Shown here: positions 20,465 to 29,669 of the stretch, piece by piece
Position numbering within the stretch: the stretch's first letter is position 1
Layout: every line of letters starts with the position of its first letter
Assembly (NCBI GenBank): GCA_965207065.1
Contig: OZ242260.1
Coordinates: forward strand, 256,001-320,000
Direction of reading: 5' to 3'
From: a bacterium
GTDB lineage: Bacteria; UBA8248
Length of the DNA stretch: 64,000 bases
Translations under genes and position numbers: made by a program
The notes under the pieces: generated by a model
What the model was told of the DNA's origin: nothing
The model's database searches: none
What the model saw: only the letters and a program-made list of their open reading frames with translations

Positions 20465-22419
20465 TTTAGTTTGTCCTGGTTTTTCTGATATAGCGCGTGA
20501 TATGCCGCGATTTTGTCCTCGGTCATCTTTGGGTCACCCGCGAGATGCGCCCTCAAGGCCTCATTCAGTTTCTCTTCCATCTTATTGAGAACCGGCATAT
20601 TTTCCTTGTCCTGAACATCCCATTTGTGGGCCTGCACTTCACGAATCACCGTTTTCAACAAGACGGTGATCAACTCTTTTTTCTTTCTCTGCTTCAATCG
20701 CTCATAGGTGGAGAGGAAAAATTTGAACTCCTCCAACTCCGACTCCAGCGTGTAAACTGTATTTTCAATCCCCTGGACGCCATCACCAACGGCTTCGAGG
20801 TAGGCGGTGAGGTCGTCGATGTCCTTTCGTTCCAATCCCAGTTTGAATTGCCTGTTGAACCATTCGTTCACGGCCCGCAGTGTAGGCAGGCTGCCGTCGT
20901 GGAAATACGGGGGCGTGAATTTCGATGAGAGCAGGGTGGGCGTATCCATACCGCCTACGTGAAACAGCCGGCTCGCGCCCGTGGAACCGATGTCATGCCG
21001 CTTGTGGTCCACGAAGTTCGCATTTGGAATGTGACAACTCGCGCAACTCATGCCGCCCATCATCTGGGGGAATTTCCGGTGAAAAATTTTCTCGCCACGC
21101 AACGCCGCCCGGGAAACTTTCTCGAGGTTGAGTCTCCCGCTCTTTTTGAGTTTCGGGTTCGGCAAGAACTCGAACTCGTTCATGTAGGCGATCATGCCGT
21201 CCAAGATCATCGGGTCGGGTTCAGGCCCGTTGAACTCGTTCACGATGACGTTGCGCACGAATTCCCTGAGTGAGGCGAAACGGCCGTTTCTACCGTATGG
21301 GGCAGTGAAGCGAATGCCCCGCAAGTCGGGCGTGTCCAGCGGATCATGAAGACCGTTGTTGGCGTGGCCTGCGAAGAAACTGTTCGACACGTCCATGCCG
21401 CCTTTTTCCCGGGAAAGACCGGGGATGAAAAGTTCGGGATTCGTCACGCCCTTGTTGTGGCAAGTGTTGCAACTCATCCCCAAGGTGCGCGCGGGTTCGC
21501 CGAAAATCTCTGCGCTGTCGAAAGCCATATCCCCAAAAGCGATGAGAAAGGTTTCCGCCTCGTTGACACCGCGCTCCGCCATTCCGAGAATCTGTCTCGG
21601 ACGCGGGAGTTGTTTGTTGATGTTGGAACCCGGCGGCAGGCGCCAAGGTACGTGCGCGGTTTCGGTATATGTTTCGCTCCCCTTGGGTCGGGGCAGGAGC
21701 CTGTGTTCTATTCCGGCCTGAAACTCGGAGAAATTCACATGTATATACCCGCGGATGAATGAGATGCTCTCGCGGATTTTTTCGATATTCATCGGCTTTG
21801 CGCCGATTCCCATCACTCCGGCGGCTCCCATATGGGAACTCGCTTCGAGCCAATGGATTTGCATCTTTTTCCAAGCCTTGGGATCCAGATACGGCAAAGT
21901 CCCGGCGAAAGCCTGGGAGATTCTTCGCGCTTGGCTCAGACGCTTTTTGACCTCGGCTCTGTCCGAGTCCGCCTTGATCGCGTCCAGATGCGAGATTATG
22001 AGCGAGGCGACTCCCCGCGTGGCCAGGGAAAATACCAACCGGCTCCCATTTTTTCGCGCAGCGACCAAATCCGGTTCTTTATCGCCACTCGCCACGGGCT
22101 GAGCAACGCGCTTGGCAATGGCCAACTCTTCCGGGAACTTCTTGGAGCCAGGAGAATTAACTCCATACAGCGCTTCTTCGATATGTTTCAAATCTGACCA
22201 TACCTGTGGCCAGAGCACAGGATTCAGATTCAAGATGAAACTGGCGCGACGATAGCTTTCGGCAACGGGGTGTAATTCCTCAGGAGGGACGATGTGTGCC
22301 GAAGCGGGGTAGGAACTCATCAAGAACAACCCGGTAGCCAGAAGCCACGCCGGTTTCGTCAAAAAGTTTCTCACACGCAGAGCAAGTCTCGCCCCGGGCG
22401 CTTTGATGCTGCATATCAT
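20461..22419 (-). CDS. Exported di-heme cytochrome c (cytochrome c peroxidase/MauG-like C-terminal half) with large extra domains
   Basis: Signal peptide ending ASA. Two CxxCH motifs (21457-21471, 21031-21045). DTPDLRG...APY and DTPTL....PPYFHDG motifs. Confidence 0.8.
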   Translation of the reverse strand: MICSIKAPGARLALRVRNFLTKPAWLLATGLFLMSSYPASAHIVPPEELHPVAESYRRASFILNLNPVLWPQVWSDLKHIEEALYGVNSPGSKKFPEELAIAKRVAQPVASGDKEPDLVAARKNGSRLVFSLATRGVASLIISHLDAIKADSDRAEVKKRLSQARRISQAFAGTLPYLDPKAWKKMQIHWLEASSHMGAAGVMGIGAKPMNIEKIRESISFIRGYIHVNFSEFQAGIEHRLLPRPKGSETYTETAHVPWRLPPGSNINKQLPRPRQILGMAERGVNEAETFLIAFGDMAFDSAEIFGEPARTLGMSCNTCHNKGVTNPELFIPGLSREKGGMDVSNSFFAGHANNGLHDPLDTPDLRGIRFTAPYGRNGRFASLREFVRNVIVNEFNGPEPDPMILDGMIAYMNEFEFLPNPKLKKSGRLNLEKVSRAALRGEKIFHRKFPQMMGGMSCASCHIPNANFVDHKRHDIGSTGASRLFHVGGMDTPTLLSSKFTPPYFHDGSLPTLRAVNEWFNRQFKLGLERKDIDDLTAYLEAVGDGVQGIENTVYTLESELEEFKFFLSTYERLKQRKKKELITVLLKTVIREVQAHKWDVQDKENMPVLNKMEEKLNEALRAHLAGDPKMTEDKIAAYHALYQKNQDKLK

Positions 22420-22454
22420 GATTTCGGTTCCCTATAAAAACCACCAACAAAGCA

Positions 22455-22484
22455 ATTTTATTCGGAAGACAAAAATAAAGTCAA
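22455..22484 (-). promoter_or_regulatory. Sigma70-type promoter for the cytochrome-phnDCE operon
   Basis: TTGACT-N18-TAAAAT on the minus strand in an AT-rich intergenic region, 35 nt upstream of ATG 22419. Confidence 0.6.
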
Positions 22485-22501
22485 GTTATACTGAATATAT
22501 T

Positions 22502-22517
22502 TTTAGACTTGCCTAAA
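22502..22517. promoter_or_regulatory. Palindromic operator candidate TTTAG-N6-CTAAA (DtxR/MntR/SirR-like)
   Basis: TTTAGACTTGCCTAAA lies just upstream of the -35 and resembles the TTAG-N6-CTAA core of DtxR-family boxes. Confidence 0.45.
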
Positions 22518-22615
22518 TTTTAAATTATCTACCAAAATCAGCATTAACAGGCACTTCGAGGATATTTTTGAAAATAGCGCATTAAAAAATGCGCTGTCCC
22601 AGAGATTCAAACGCA

Positions 22616-22646
22616 GAAAACCGGCCCAGATTCAGGGCCGGTTTTC
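22616..22646 (-). terminator. Rho-independent terminator after amtB-glnK
   Basis: Perfect 12-bp stem GAAAACCGGCCC/GGGCCGGTTTTC with 7-nt loop and A/T runs on both sides. Confidence 0.75.
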
Positions 22647-22758
22647 CGAAAGTCGAACGTTCGTGCCTTAGAAATCGATTTAGAGGCAAATTAAGAAGGC
22701 TATGAATCGCCCACGCCATCGCCTCGTTCAGGAAACGACTCCCTTGCGAAGCGGATTC

Positions 22759-23100
<342 letters not shown>

Positions 23101-23156
23101 TCATTCCTCTCAAGATGACAGATGGACTCATCCGGTAATGTATCCCCTCGCCTGAA

Positions 23157-24548
23157 TCAACCCAATCTCTCGCCTGCATAGGCCTCCATGCCATGCTCCG
23201 AGAGGTCGAGACCTGCCAATTCATCCTCTGCGGAAACGCGCACGCCCATCAGACCTTTCACCACATGCCAAAGGATGAAGGACAAAACGAAGGTAAAGAC
23301 ACCGACCGCGACAACTCCCACTAGTTGTTTGATGAAGAGTCCTGCGCCGCCACCGTAGAACAATCCTACAACGCCGTCGTCTATGGAAGGCGCGGCGAAC
23401 AAACCCAGCGCAAGCGTGCCGAATATCCCGCATACCAAGTGCACAGAAACAGCGCCGACCGGATCGTCAATCTTGATTTTATCGAGAAACGGAATCGCAA
23501 CACAGACGATGAAGCCAGCGATCAGACCGATAATTACTGCCCCCAGTGGAGTAACGTTAGCGCATGGCGCCGTAATGGCGACCAACCCTGCAAGCGCGCC
23601 GTTCACGCTCATGGAAAGATCGGCTTTGCCGAACATGGTGCGCGACGTGATGCTGGAAGCAACTACACCTGCGGCGGCGGCGAGGTTTGTCGTCACGGCG
23701 ATCCGCGCGATAGAGCCCGCATCGGCGGCCATGGTGCTGCCTGGGTTAAAACCGAACCATCCGAGCCACAAGATAAACCCACCCAACGTGACAAGCGGCA
23801 TGTTGTGGCCGGGCATCGCCTGCATTCGGCCGTCGGAGGTGTACTTGCCGAGCCGAGGACCCAGAACGATGATTCCGGCGAGTCCCGCCCAGCCGCCTAC
23901 GGAGTGAACCACTGTGGAACCGGCGAAATCGAGAAAACCCATACCGCCCAACCAGCCGCCACCCCAGATCCAATGGCCCTGGATAGGATAGATAATGGCT
24001 ACAAGCAAGAAGCTGAAGATCATGAACGAGGAAAACTTGATTCGCTCGGCCACACAGCCCGATACGATGGTCGCCGCCGTCGCAGCGAAAACAAGCTGGA
24101 AGAAAAACTTTGCGTATAGCGGTATTCCCGTCCAATTCAGGGATGAGAATACACCTTTGTACGCGTCACCCGTGGCCGGGCTGTTGTCAGCCCCCGAGAT
24201 GAAAAACCCGTTCGTTCCCGATATAGAGCTGCCATCTCCAAACATGAGGGCGAAACCCAATATCCAGAATGCCAGGGACGAGACGGCGACGACGCCGAAA
24301 TTCTTATAGAGAATGGCGACGGTGTTCTTGGCCCGGCAAAGCCCCGATTCGAGCATCGCAAAGCCTGCGTGCATGAAAAACACCAGAAACCCGGCCACCA
24401 TCACCCAAACAGTATCCGCCGCGACTCGTAAATCCGCCAGGCTCTTCGCCATGGCCTTGACATCCTGTGCCCAACCGCTGCCGGTAAAGGATAAAACCCC
24501 CACGGCGAAGACCAACACCGCCGCAATGTAGAGTCCCCTTCTTCTCAT
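23157..24548 (-). CDS. amtB: Ammonium transporter
   Basis: GFAMLESG, FQLVFAAT, DFAGSTVVHSVGG, WFGFNPGS and IDDPVGAVSVH motifs. GGAGG RBS precedes ATG 24548. Confidence 0.95.
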   Translation of the reverse strand: MRRRGLYIAAVLVFAVGVLSFTGSGWAQDVKAMAKSLADLRVAADTVWVMVAGFLVFFMHAGFAMLESGLCRAKNTVAILYKNFGVVAVSSLAFWILGFALMFGDGSSISGTNGFFISGADNSPATGDAYKGVFSSLNWTGIPLYAKFFFQLVFAATAATIVSGCVAERIKFSSFMIFSFLLVAIIYPIQGHWIWGGGWLGGMGFLDFAGSTVVHSVGGWAGLAGIIVLGPRLGKYTSDGRMQAMPGHNMPLVTLGGFILWLGWFGFNPGSTMAADAGSIARIAVTTNLAAAAGVVASSITSRTMFGKADLSMSVNGALAGLVAITAPCANVTPLGAVIIGLIAGFIVCVAIPFLDKIKIDDPVGAVSVHLVCGIFGTLALGLFAAPSIDDGVVGLFYGGGAGLFIKQLVGVVAVGVFTFVLSFILWHVVKGLMGVRVSAEDELAGLDLSEHGMEAYAGERLG

Positions 24549-24793
24549 GCCCCTTCCTCCGATACGTTTTAGATATTCCGAGAGTTTAGGTATACGAAGC
24601 ATCATTTACATCTTTTAGGTGAGAAGTATTTCAAAATCGTTTCGACCGTATTACCCGAACGTTAATTGCACCTTCCCGGCAACTATCCGCTTCAGTTTGA
24701 CAGGCGATATCGAGCGTGTTAGCAATTCCGCCAATTCGATTAAAAACTTCTGAACAAGCCATTTTCCGGGATCAATCCACTAAAGGAGAAACA

Positions 24794-25237
24794 ATGCCTC
24801 CGAAACGAAAACCCAAAATTCCCGCGAGCGCCCTCAAACGCGGCACGCACCTGTGGACCAAGGAATTCACCGAGCGCATCGGTCATGACATGGCTGAATG
24901 GGCGGATGAGGAATTCATGGAACTTTTCATGAACTTCTGCTACGGAGGGCTTTATGACCGTAACGTCCTGTCCCATAAAACCAGGGAGCTTTGCGCCGTG
25001 GCCGCATGTGTGATGGCCAACGCGCATCCGCAACTGCGCACCCACATTCAGGCTTCGTGGAACTGCGGAGCGACGAAACGCGAGATCATGGAGGTTATCA
25101 TTCAGATGGCCACTTACTGCGGCATGCCCTATATGCTTCAGGCGGCTCGAATTGCCGCGAATGAGGTCTTTCCCTTGCTCAAGCGCGGCGAAAAGGCCGC
25201 CGCTCCGCCGCCAGGCCTCAAGTTGGATAAAAAATAA
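24794..25237 (+). CDS. Carboxymuconolactone decarboxylase (CMD/AhpD-like) family protein
   Basis: KTRELCAVA, QLRTHI, GATKREIMEVIIQMATYCGMP motifs. AAGGAG RBS precedes ATG 24794. Confidence 0.85.
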   Translation: MPPKRKPKIPASALKRGTHLWTKEFTERIGHDMAEWADEEFMELFMNFCYGGLYDRNVLSHKTRELCAVAACVMANAHPQLRTHIQASWNCGATKREIMEVIIQMATYCGMPYMLQAARIAANEVFPLLKRGEKAAAPPPGLKLDKK

Positions 25238-25300
25238 TCCGAACCCTGCAGGCCCCGGGCGGCCAACACCCAAAACCAAATATGTGAGGAGTCTCTAATA

Positions 25301-26077
25301 ATGGCCCGTAGAATCGTAGATTTAAGCGTTCCCCTTCAAAACGCACCCATGGAGAACAACCCGGCCGCTATCCAATACATAAACCACACCGAACTCGGAC
25401 GCATGCGAGCCAAATCATACAAGTTTCCGGACACCAGTTATTTTCCCGACCACATGCACTGCGCGACCGAAAACATCACGGCCATCAGCACGCACAGCGG
25501 CACGCACCTCGATTCCCCGTACCACTACGGCCCTGAATGCGAGGGGAAACCCTCGAAAACGATCGACCTCGTCCCTCTCGAATGGTGCGTGAGCGATGGG
25601 GTGGTCCTCGATTTTCATGATGCCGAACGCGGACACAACATCACGGTGGAGGAAACGCAGCAGAAGGTGACGGCCCTCGAAGAGAAAGGCTATTCACTCA
25701 AGCCGATGGATATCGTTCTCATTCGGACCGATCACACCACGAAGTATCTCTACACCCCCGATTTTGAACAAACCCACCCCGGCATGAGCGTCGACGCTAC
25801 GGAATGGCTCGTCGATCAGGGGATCAAGGTGATGGGGATAGACGCATGGGGTTTCGACATTCCCGTCTCCAAGATGACAGAACTCAGACGCCAGGGAAAT
25901 ACGAAAGATTTCTTCGGCAGCCATTTCCTGGGACGCAAGAGAGAATACATTCATGCGGAAAAGCTCATGAATCTCGATAAAATCCCCGAATTCGGATTCA
26001 CCGTCTCGATGCTCCCAGTCAATATAGAGCGCGCAAGCGGCGCCTGGTGCCGTGCGGTGGCCATCATCGATGATTAG
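25301..26077 (+). CDS. Cyclase family metal-dependent hydrolase (kynurenine formamidase-like)
   Basis: IVDLS, HSGTHLDSPYH (HxGTHxDxPxH), DIVLIRT, GIDAWGFD and EKLMNLD motifs. Confidence 0.9.
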   Translation: MARRIVDLSVPLQNAPMENNPAAIQYINHTELGRMRAKSYKFPDTSYFPDHMHCATENITAISTHSGTHLDSPYHYGPECEGKPSKTIDLVPLEWCVSDGVVLDFHDAERGHNITVEETQQKVTALEEKGYSLKPMDIVLIRTDHTTKYLYTPDFEQTHPGMSVDATEWLVDQGIKVMGIDAWGFDIPVSKMTELRRQGNTKDFFGSHFLGRKREYIHAEKLMNLDKIPEFGFTVSMLPVNIERASGAWCRAVAIIDD

Positions 26078-26191
26078 CCTGAATTTCTCCGGGGAGGTAG
26101 AGACCGGCGCAGTGGAGTGACTTCTCGGGAAAATATGATAATATCTCCCGCATACATGACGGTAAGGCAAAGAACCTGGAGGAACAGATTA

Positions 26192-26389
26192 ATGGCTTTC
26201 TATGAGAACGCAGTGAATCAAGAAGTCGTATCGGACGGCCTCATTCGGCGTATGGCGGCCGTCAAGCCGGCCATATTGGCGATCGTTCTCGGCATATTCA
26301 TCCTCTACGGCGTGGGTTTCGCCCAACCCCAACTTTTGCATGACGCCGCCCACGATACCCGCCACGCCTTCGCCTTCCCCTGCCATTAA
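26192..26389 (+). CDS. cbtB: CbtB-domain small membrane protein (putative cobalt transporter subunit)
   Basis: 65 aa with one TM helix followed by HDAAHDTRHAFAFPCH. GGAGG RBS. Confidence 0.85.
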   Translation: MAFYENAVNQEVVSDGLIRRMAAVKPAILAIVLGIFILYGVGFAQPQLLHDAAHDTRHAFAFPCH

Positions 26390-26419
26390 TAGGCCTGGCA
26401 GCATATTGCCAGACAAGAG

Positions 26420-26453
26420 ACGGCGCCCCTTCCCGAGGCGCCGTTTTTTCTTT
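26420..26453 (+). terminator. Rho-independent terminator after cbtB
   Basis: ACGGCGCC/GGCGCCGT stem followed by TTTTTCTTT. Confidence 0.7.
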
Positions 26454-26463
26454 GAGGAACCGG

Positions 26464-26814
26464 ATGCCCACAGATAATACCGAACATAGACCTTGGGGGC
26501 ATTTCACCATACTGGCGGATGAGCCGGATCATAAGGTCAAACGTGTTGTCGTTCATCCGGGGCATCGCCTCAGTCTGCAGCGTCACATGCGCAGATTGGA
26601 GCACTGGCACGCCATATCGGGACAGGCCGTCGTCATCCGCGAAGAGGAGGAAATCACGTTTTCCGCCGGCCAGAGCATGGATATCCCGCAAGGTGCATGG
26701 CACCGGATTCAAAACGAAGAAGATTCGCCCTTCGTATTCATCGAGGTGCAGACCGGCGCCTACTTCGGCGAGGACGACGTCGAACGTCGCGAAGATGATT
26801 ACGGAAGAGTTTGA
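26464..26814 (+). CDS. Cupin protein, mannose-6-phosphate isomerase type II C-terminal-like
   Basis: RPWG, KVKRVVVHPG.RLSLQRH..R.EHW, IEVQTG.YFGEDD motifs. Confidence 0.88.
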   Translation: MPTDNTEHRPWGHFTILADEPDHKVKRVVVHPGHRLSLQRHMRRLEHWHAISGQAVVIREEEEITFSAGQSMDIPQGAWHRIQNEEDSPFVFIEVQTGAYFGEDDVERREDDYGRV

Positions 26815-26839
26815 TGAGGCATCATTTGGATAACCGGGT

Positions 26840-26873
26840 AAAAAAACACCCCCATCGGTCGCGGGGGTGTTTC
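26840..26873. terminator. Likely bidirectional terminator between convergent genes
   Basis: AAACACCCCC/GGGGGTGTTT stem with an A-run on the left. Confidence 0.7.
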
Positions 26874-26903
26874 TGAATCACATGGGGATGCAAACGTTTC
26901 AGC

Positions 26904-28103
26904 CTAGCCTTTGCGAAGCTGCTCCAATGCAGCGGCCAACCGCTCCACGCCTCGCTCGCATTCTTCCGTCGAGCAGGAATATGCGATCCTGAGGTATCCT
27001 TCGCCGCCAAATACCGCGCCGTTGACCGTGGCGATGGCGTGCTCGTTCAATAGGTAGTCCGCCACTTCGCCCGAGGTTTCCCCAAAAACCTTCACGTTCG
27101 GGAACGCGTAAAACGCGCCCGTAGGCTCCGCCAGCGTAACGCCCTCTATGGCGCGCAGGCCTTCTGATATCACACGCCGCCTTTTGTCGAATTCGCGCGT
27201 CATCGCCTCCATGGGCGCCTGATCCTCGAGTACGCCGCGCGCCGCGCCATGCTGGATGAACGTGTTGACGCACACGGTGGTGTATTGCCGGATCTTGAGC
27301 AAGTGGCGGGTAATCTCGGGGCTCGCCACCGTCCAGCCGAGACGCCAGCCGTCCATGCTGTAGAATTTCGAAAAACCGTTGATGATCACCGTGCGTTCCG
27401 CCATGCCGGGCTGTGAAAAAATGCTCGGGGCGCACGGCGCATCGCCGTAATAAATGCGCGCATATATCTCATCGCTCATCACCATGAAATTGCGCTGCAC
27501 CGCCAGTTCGGCGATTTTCGCGAGTTCGGATTCAGGGATCGTGCAGCCTGTGGGATTGCCGGGTGAAGTGAGGCAAACGAGTTTCGTCTTGGGCGTCAAG
27601 ACCGCCTCGATGTCCTCGGCGCGCAACGCGAAATCGTTCTCTTCTTTCGTCATCACCTCGACGGGCACGCCGCCCGCCAACGCCGTGCAGGATTTGTAAT
27701 GATGCCAGTTCGGCTGCGCGATGATCACCTCATCGCCGGGATTCACCAGCGCCAGCATGGAAACCATGATGCCCTCGTTCGCCCCCGCCATAACGATTAC
27801 CTGCGTATCGGGGTTCACCTCCACATCGGTGTCGACTTCCGTCCTGTGCGCAATGCCCTTCCGCAAGGCGGGTACTCCCGTGCTGGGTGCGTAGTGCACG
27901 TCACCGCGTGCGAGGGATTCTGCGGCTCCTTGCTTGATGTGCTCGGGCGTATCGAAATCCGTGCGGCCGATCTGCCAGTGGATAACGTCGCGCCCCTCGC
28001 CTTCCAGTTTCGCCACGGCGTCAAAAACCTTGCGAATGCCCGAGAAAGGAATCTCTTCCAAACGATTCGCACCCACGGCCTGGGAGTCAAAAGCAACTAC
28101 CAT
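26904..28103 (-). CDS. PLP-dependent aminotransferase class I/II
   Basis: SPGNPTG, SDEIY, NGFSKFYSMDGWRLG and GAFY motifs. Confidence 0.92.
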   Translation of the reverse strand: MVVAFDSQAVGANRLEEIPFSGIRKVFDAVAKLEGEGRDVIHWQIGRTDFDTPEHIKQGAAESLARGDVHYAPSTGVPALRKGIAHRTEVDTDVEVNPDTQVIVMAGANEGIMVSMLALVNPGDEVIIAQPNWHHYKSCTALAGGVPVEVMTKEENDFALRAEDIEAVLTPKTKLVCLTSPGNPTGCTIPESELAKIAELAVQRNFMVMSDEIYARIYYGDAPCAPSIFSQPGMAERTVIINGFSKFYSMDGWRLGWTVASPEITRHLLKIRQYTTVCVNTFIQHGAARGVLEDQAPMEAMTREFDKRRRVISEGLRAIEGVTLAEPTGAFYAFPNVKVFGETSGEVADYLLNEHAIATVNGAVFGGEGYLRIAYSCSTEECERGVERLAAALEQLRKG

Positions 28104-28384
28104 CTAAAATCTCCTTGCAAATGAAAATGTCCTTGAAAGTAATAATTACAGAGCACTTCATCCAGCGATTGAAGCCGCCCGTTATAGCCCTTGAGACTCC
28201 AAGGCGCAAGAGAGTTTCCTGCTATGGATTTTCAGGGAATCCCGGCCGATATCTACATTCTCAATTCCCATGCGAGGGTATTGAGTCATTGTGAACTGGC
28301 ACGAGGCTCAGATGACGTCGACCAGTCTGGAATTCTCATGGGCGTGGCCGTAACTTTGATGACTCAGTCGACCGACCTTCGCGC

Positions 28385-29173
28385 CTACAGCAAATCCCCT
28401 TGCAGGACGGTCACGGCCTTGCCTCCCAGAATAATGCGGTCTCCAAGGATCCTCATACGCACCACCCCGCCTCTCGTGGATGCCTGGTAAGCGTTAAGTT
28501 CTTCTTTTTTAAGGCGCTCCGCCCAGAATGGCCCCAGGCAGCAGTGGGCGGAACCCGTCACCGGGTCTTCGTTCACACCCAGCCCTGGAGCGAAAAATCG
28601 AGAGACGAAATCATATTCAGGGTCATCGGATCGCGCCGTAACGATGCAGCCGCGCATGGGAACGTTCTCGAGAACTTGAAAATCAGGAACCAGAGACCTG
28701 ATCGCCGCCTCGGAATCGGCTTCCACCAGATAATCGAACTCGCTTTTCCCCACATAGCGGGGCATAAGGCCGAGGCCCTCCACCAGGGCGTCAGGGGGCG
28801 CTGCGGGCGATTCCCGGCTTATGGGGAAATTCATTTCTATCCATTCGTCATTCTGCTCACAGGTCAAAACCCCGCTTTTCGTGTGGAAGATGACCGTCTC
28901 GTCAGAACCGAGATGTCCTCCTTCCCAGAGTACATGGGCGCTCGCAAGCGTAGCGTGTCCGCAAAGGTCCACCTCGCTCAAGGGCGTGAACCAGCGCAGG
29001 CCGTAGCCATCTTCTTGTTTCAACACGAAAGCGGTTTCAGAGAGATTCATCTCCGCCGCCACACGCTGCATCCACTCTGCGTCCACTTGCGCCGGCAGAA
29101 TGCATACAGCGGCCGGATTACCCGAAAAGGGCGTATCGGTAAACGCATCCACCTGTACGACGGGAAATGACAT
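28385..29173 (-). CDS. PhzF family isomerase
   Basis: QVDAFT..PFSGNPAAV, EMNLSETAF, EVDLCGHATLA and EDPVTGSAH motifs. Start at ATG 29173. Confidence 0.92.
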   Translation of the reverse strand: MSFPVVQVDAFTDTPFSGNPAAVCILPAQVDAEWMQRVAAEMNLSETAFVLKQEDGYGLRWFTPLSEVDLCGHATLASAHVLWEGGHLGSDETVIFHTKSGVLTCEQNDEWIEMNFPISRESPAAPPDALVEGLGLMPRYVGKSEFDYLVEADSEAAIRSLVPDFQVLENVPMRGCIVTARSDDPEYDFVSRFFAPGLGVNEDPVTGSAHCCLGPFWAERLKKEELNAYQASTRGGVVRMRILGDRIILGGKAVTVLQGDLL

Positions 29174-29198
29174 TAGAGGATCTCTAGAAAATATTGAT

Positions 29199-29669
29199 TC
29201 AGATGCGTTTGACGACATCGCCTCCGCGAATGGAACCCTCGCTTATAACTTGAGCATTCAGTCCCGAGCGATTGATGAGCGCGTCGTGCAGGCCCTCTAT
29301 CCCCAGCAAATTCTCGAAATACTTGCATGGCTCGTTCAGGCGAACGCCGCGCATCTTCACACCACCCACTTGAAATTCAGCCCCCACCAGGTGATTGAGC
29401 GGAACGCCTCGCGTCACGATGTTTCGCCTGCTCTGGCCCACGTCGAGTTTGATATCGTGGTCGCGCGCAAGCGCTTCGATGGCCTCGATTTCGATGAACG
29501 TCACTTCACGATCGGGCCCCTGCTTCTTGGAATACGTGCCCACGCCCTCGGCGTAGCGATCTCCGGCCAGGCCGGACCCTATGACAGCCTGCGCCTGGGC
29601 GACCTCCATCATGGGTTCGCCGCCCACCGAGGCGATGTGAACCGAGACTACCTCGCCCTCGAAAGTCAT
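29199..29669 (-). CDS. MOSC domain protein (putative sulfur carrier)
   Basis: GLAGDRY, REVTFIE, RRNIVTRG, EPC, RSG and GSIRGGD motifs. ATG 29669 overlaps the upstream TGA. Confidence 0.88.
   Translation of the reverse strand: MTFEGEVVSVHIASVGGEPMMEVAQAQAVIGSGLAGDRYAEGVGTYSKKQGPDREVTFIEIEAIEALARDHDIKLDVGQSRRNIVTRGVPLNHLVGAEFQVGGVKMRGVRLNEPCKYFENLLGIEGLHDALINRSGLNAQVISEGSIRGGDVVKRI

Noticed and set aside
26078-26191. Cobalamin riboswitch or NikR box upstream of cbtB
   Set aside because: The gap is short and lacks the B12-element motifs in order. The TATG...CATA spacing does not fit NikR.
28297-28312. Sigma54 promoter (TGGCACG)
   Set aside because: No TTGC/GC at the -12 position and no plus-strand gene downstream.
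28104-28384. Structured ncRNA or riboswitch before the aminotransferase
   Set aside because: Several short hairpins but no family I can recognise. An Rfam search would be needed.
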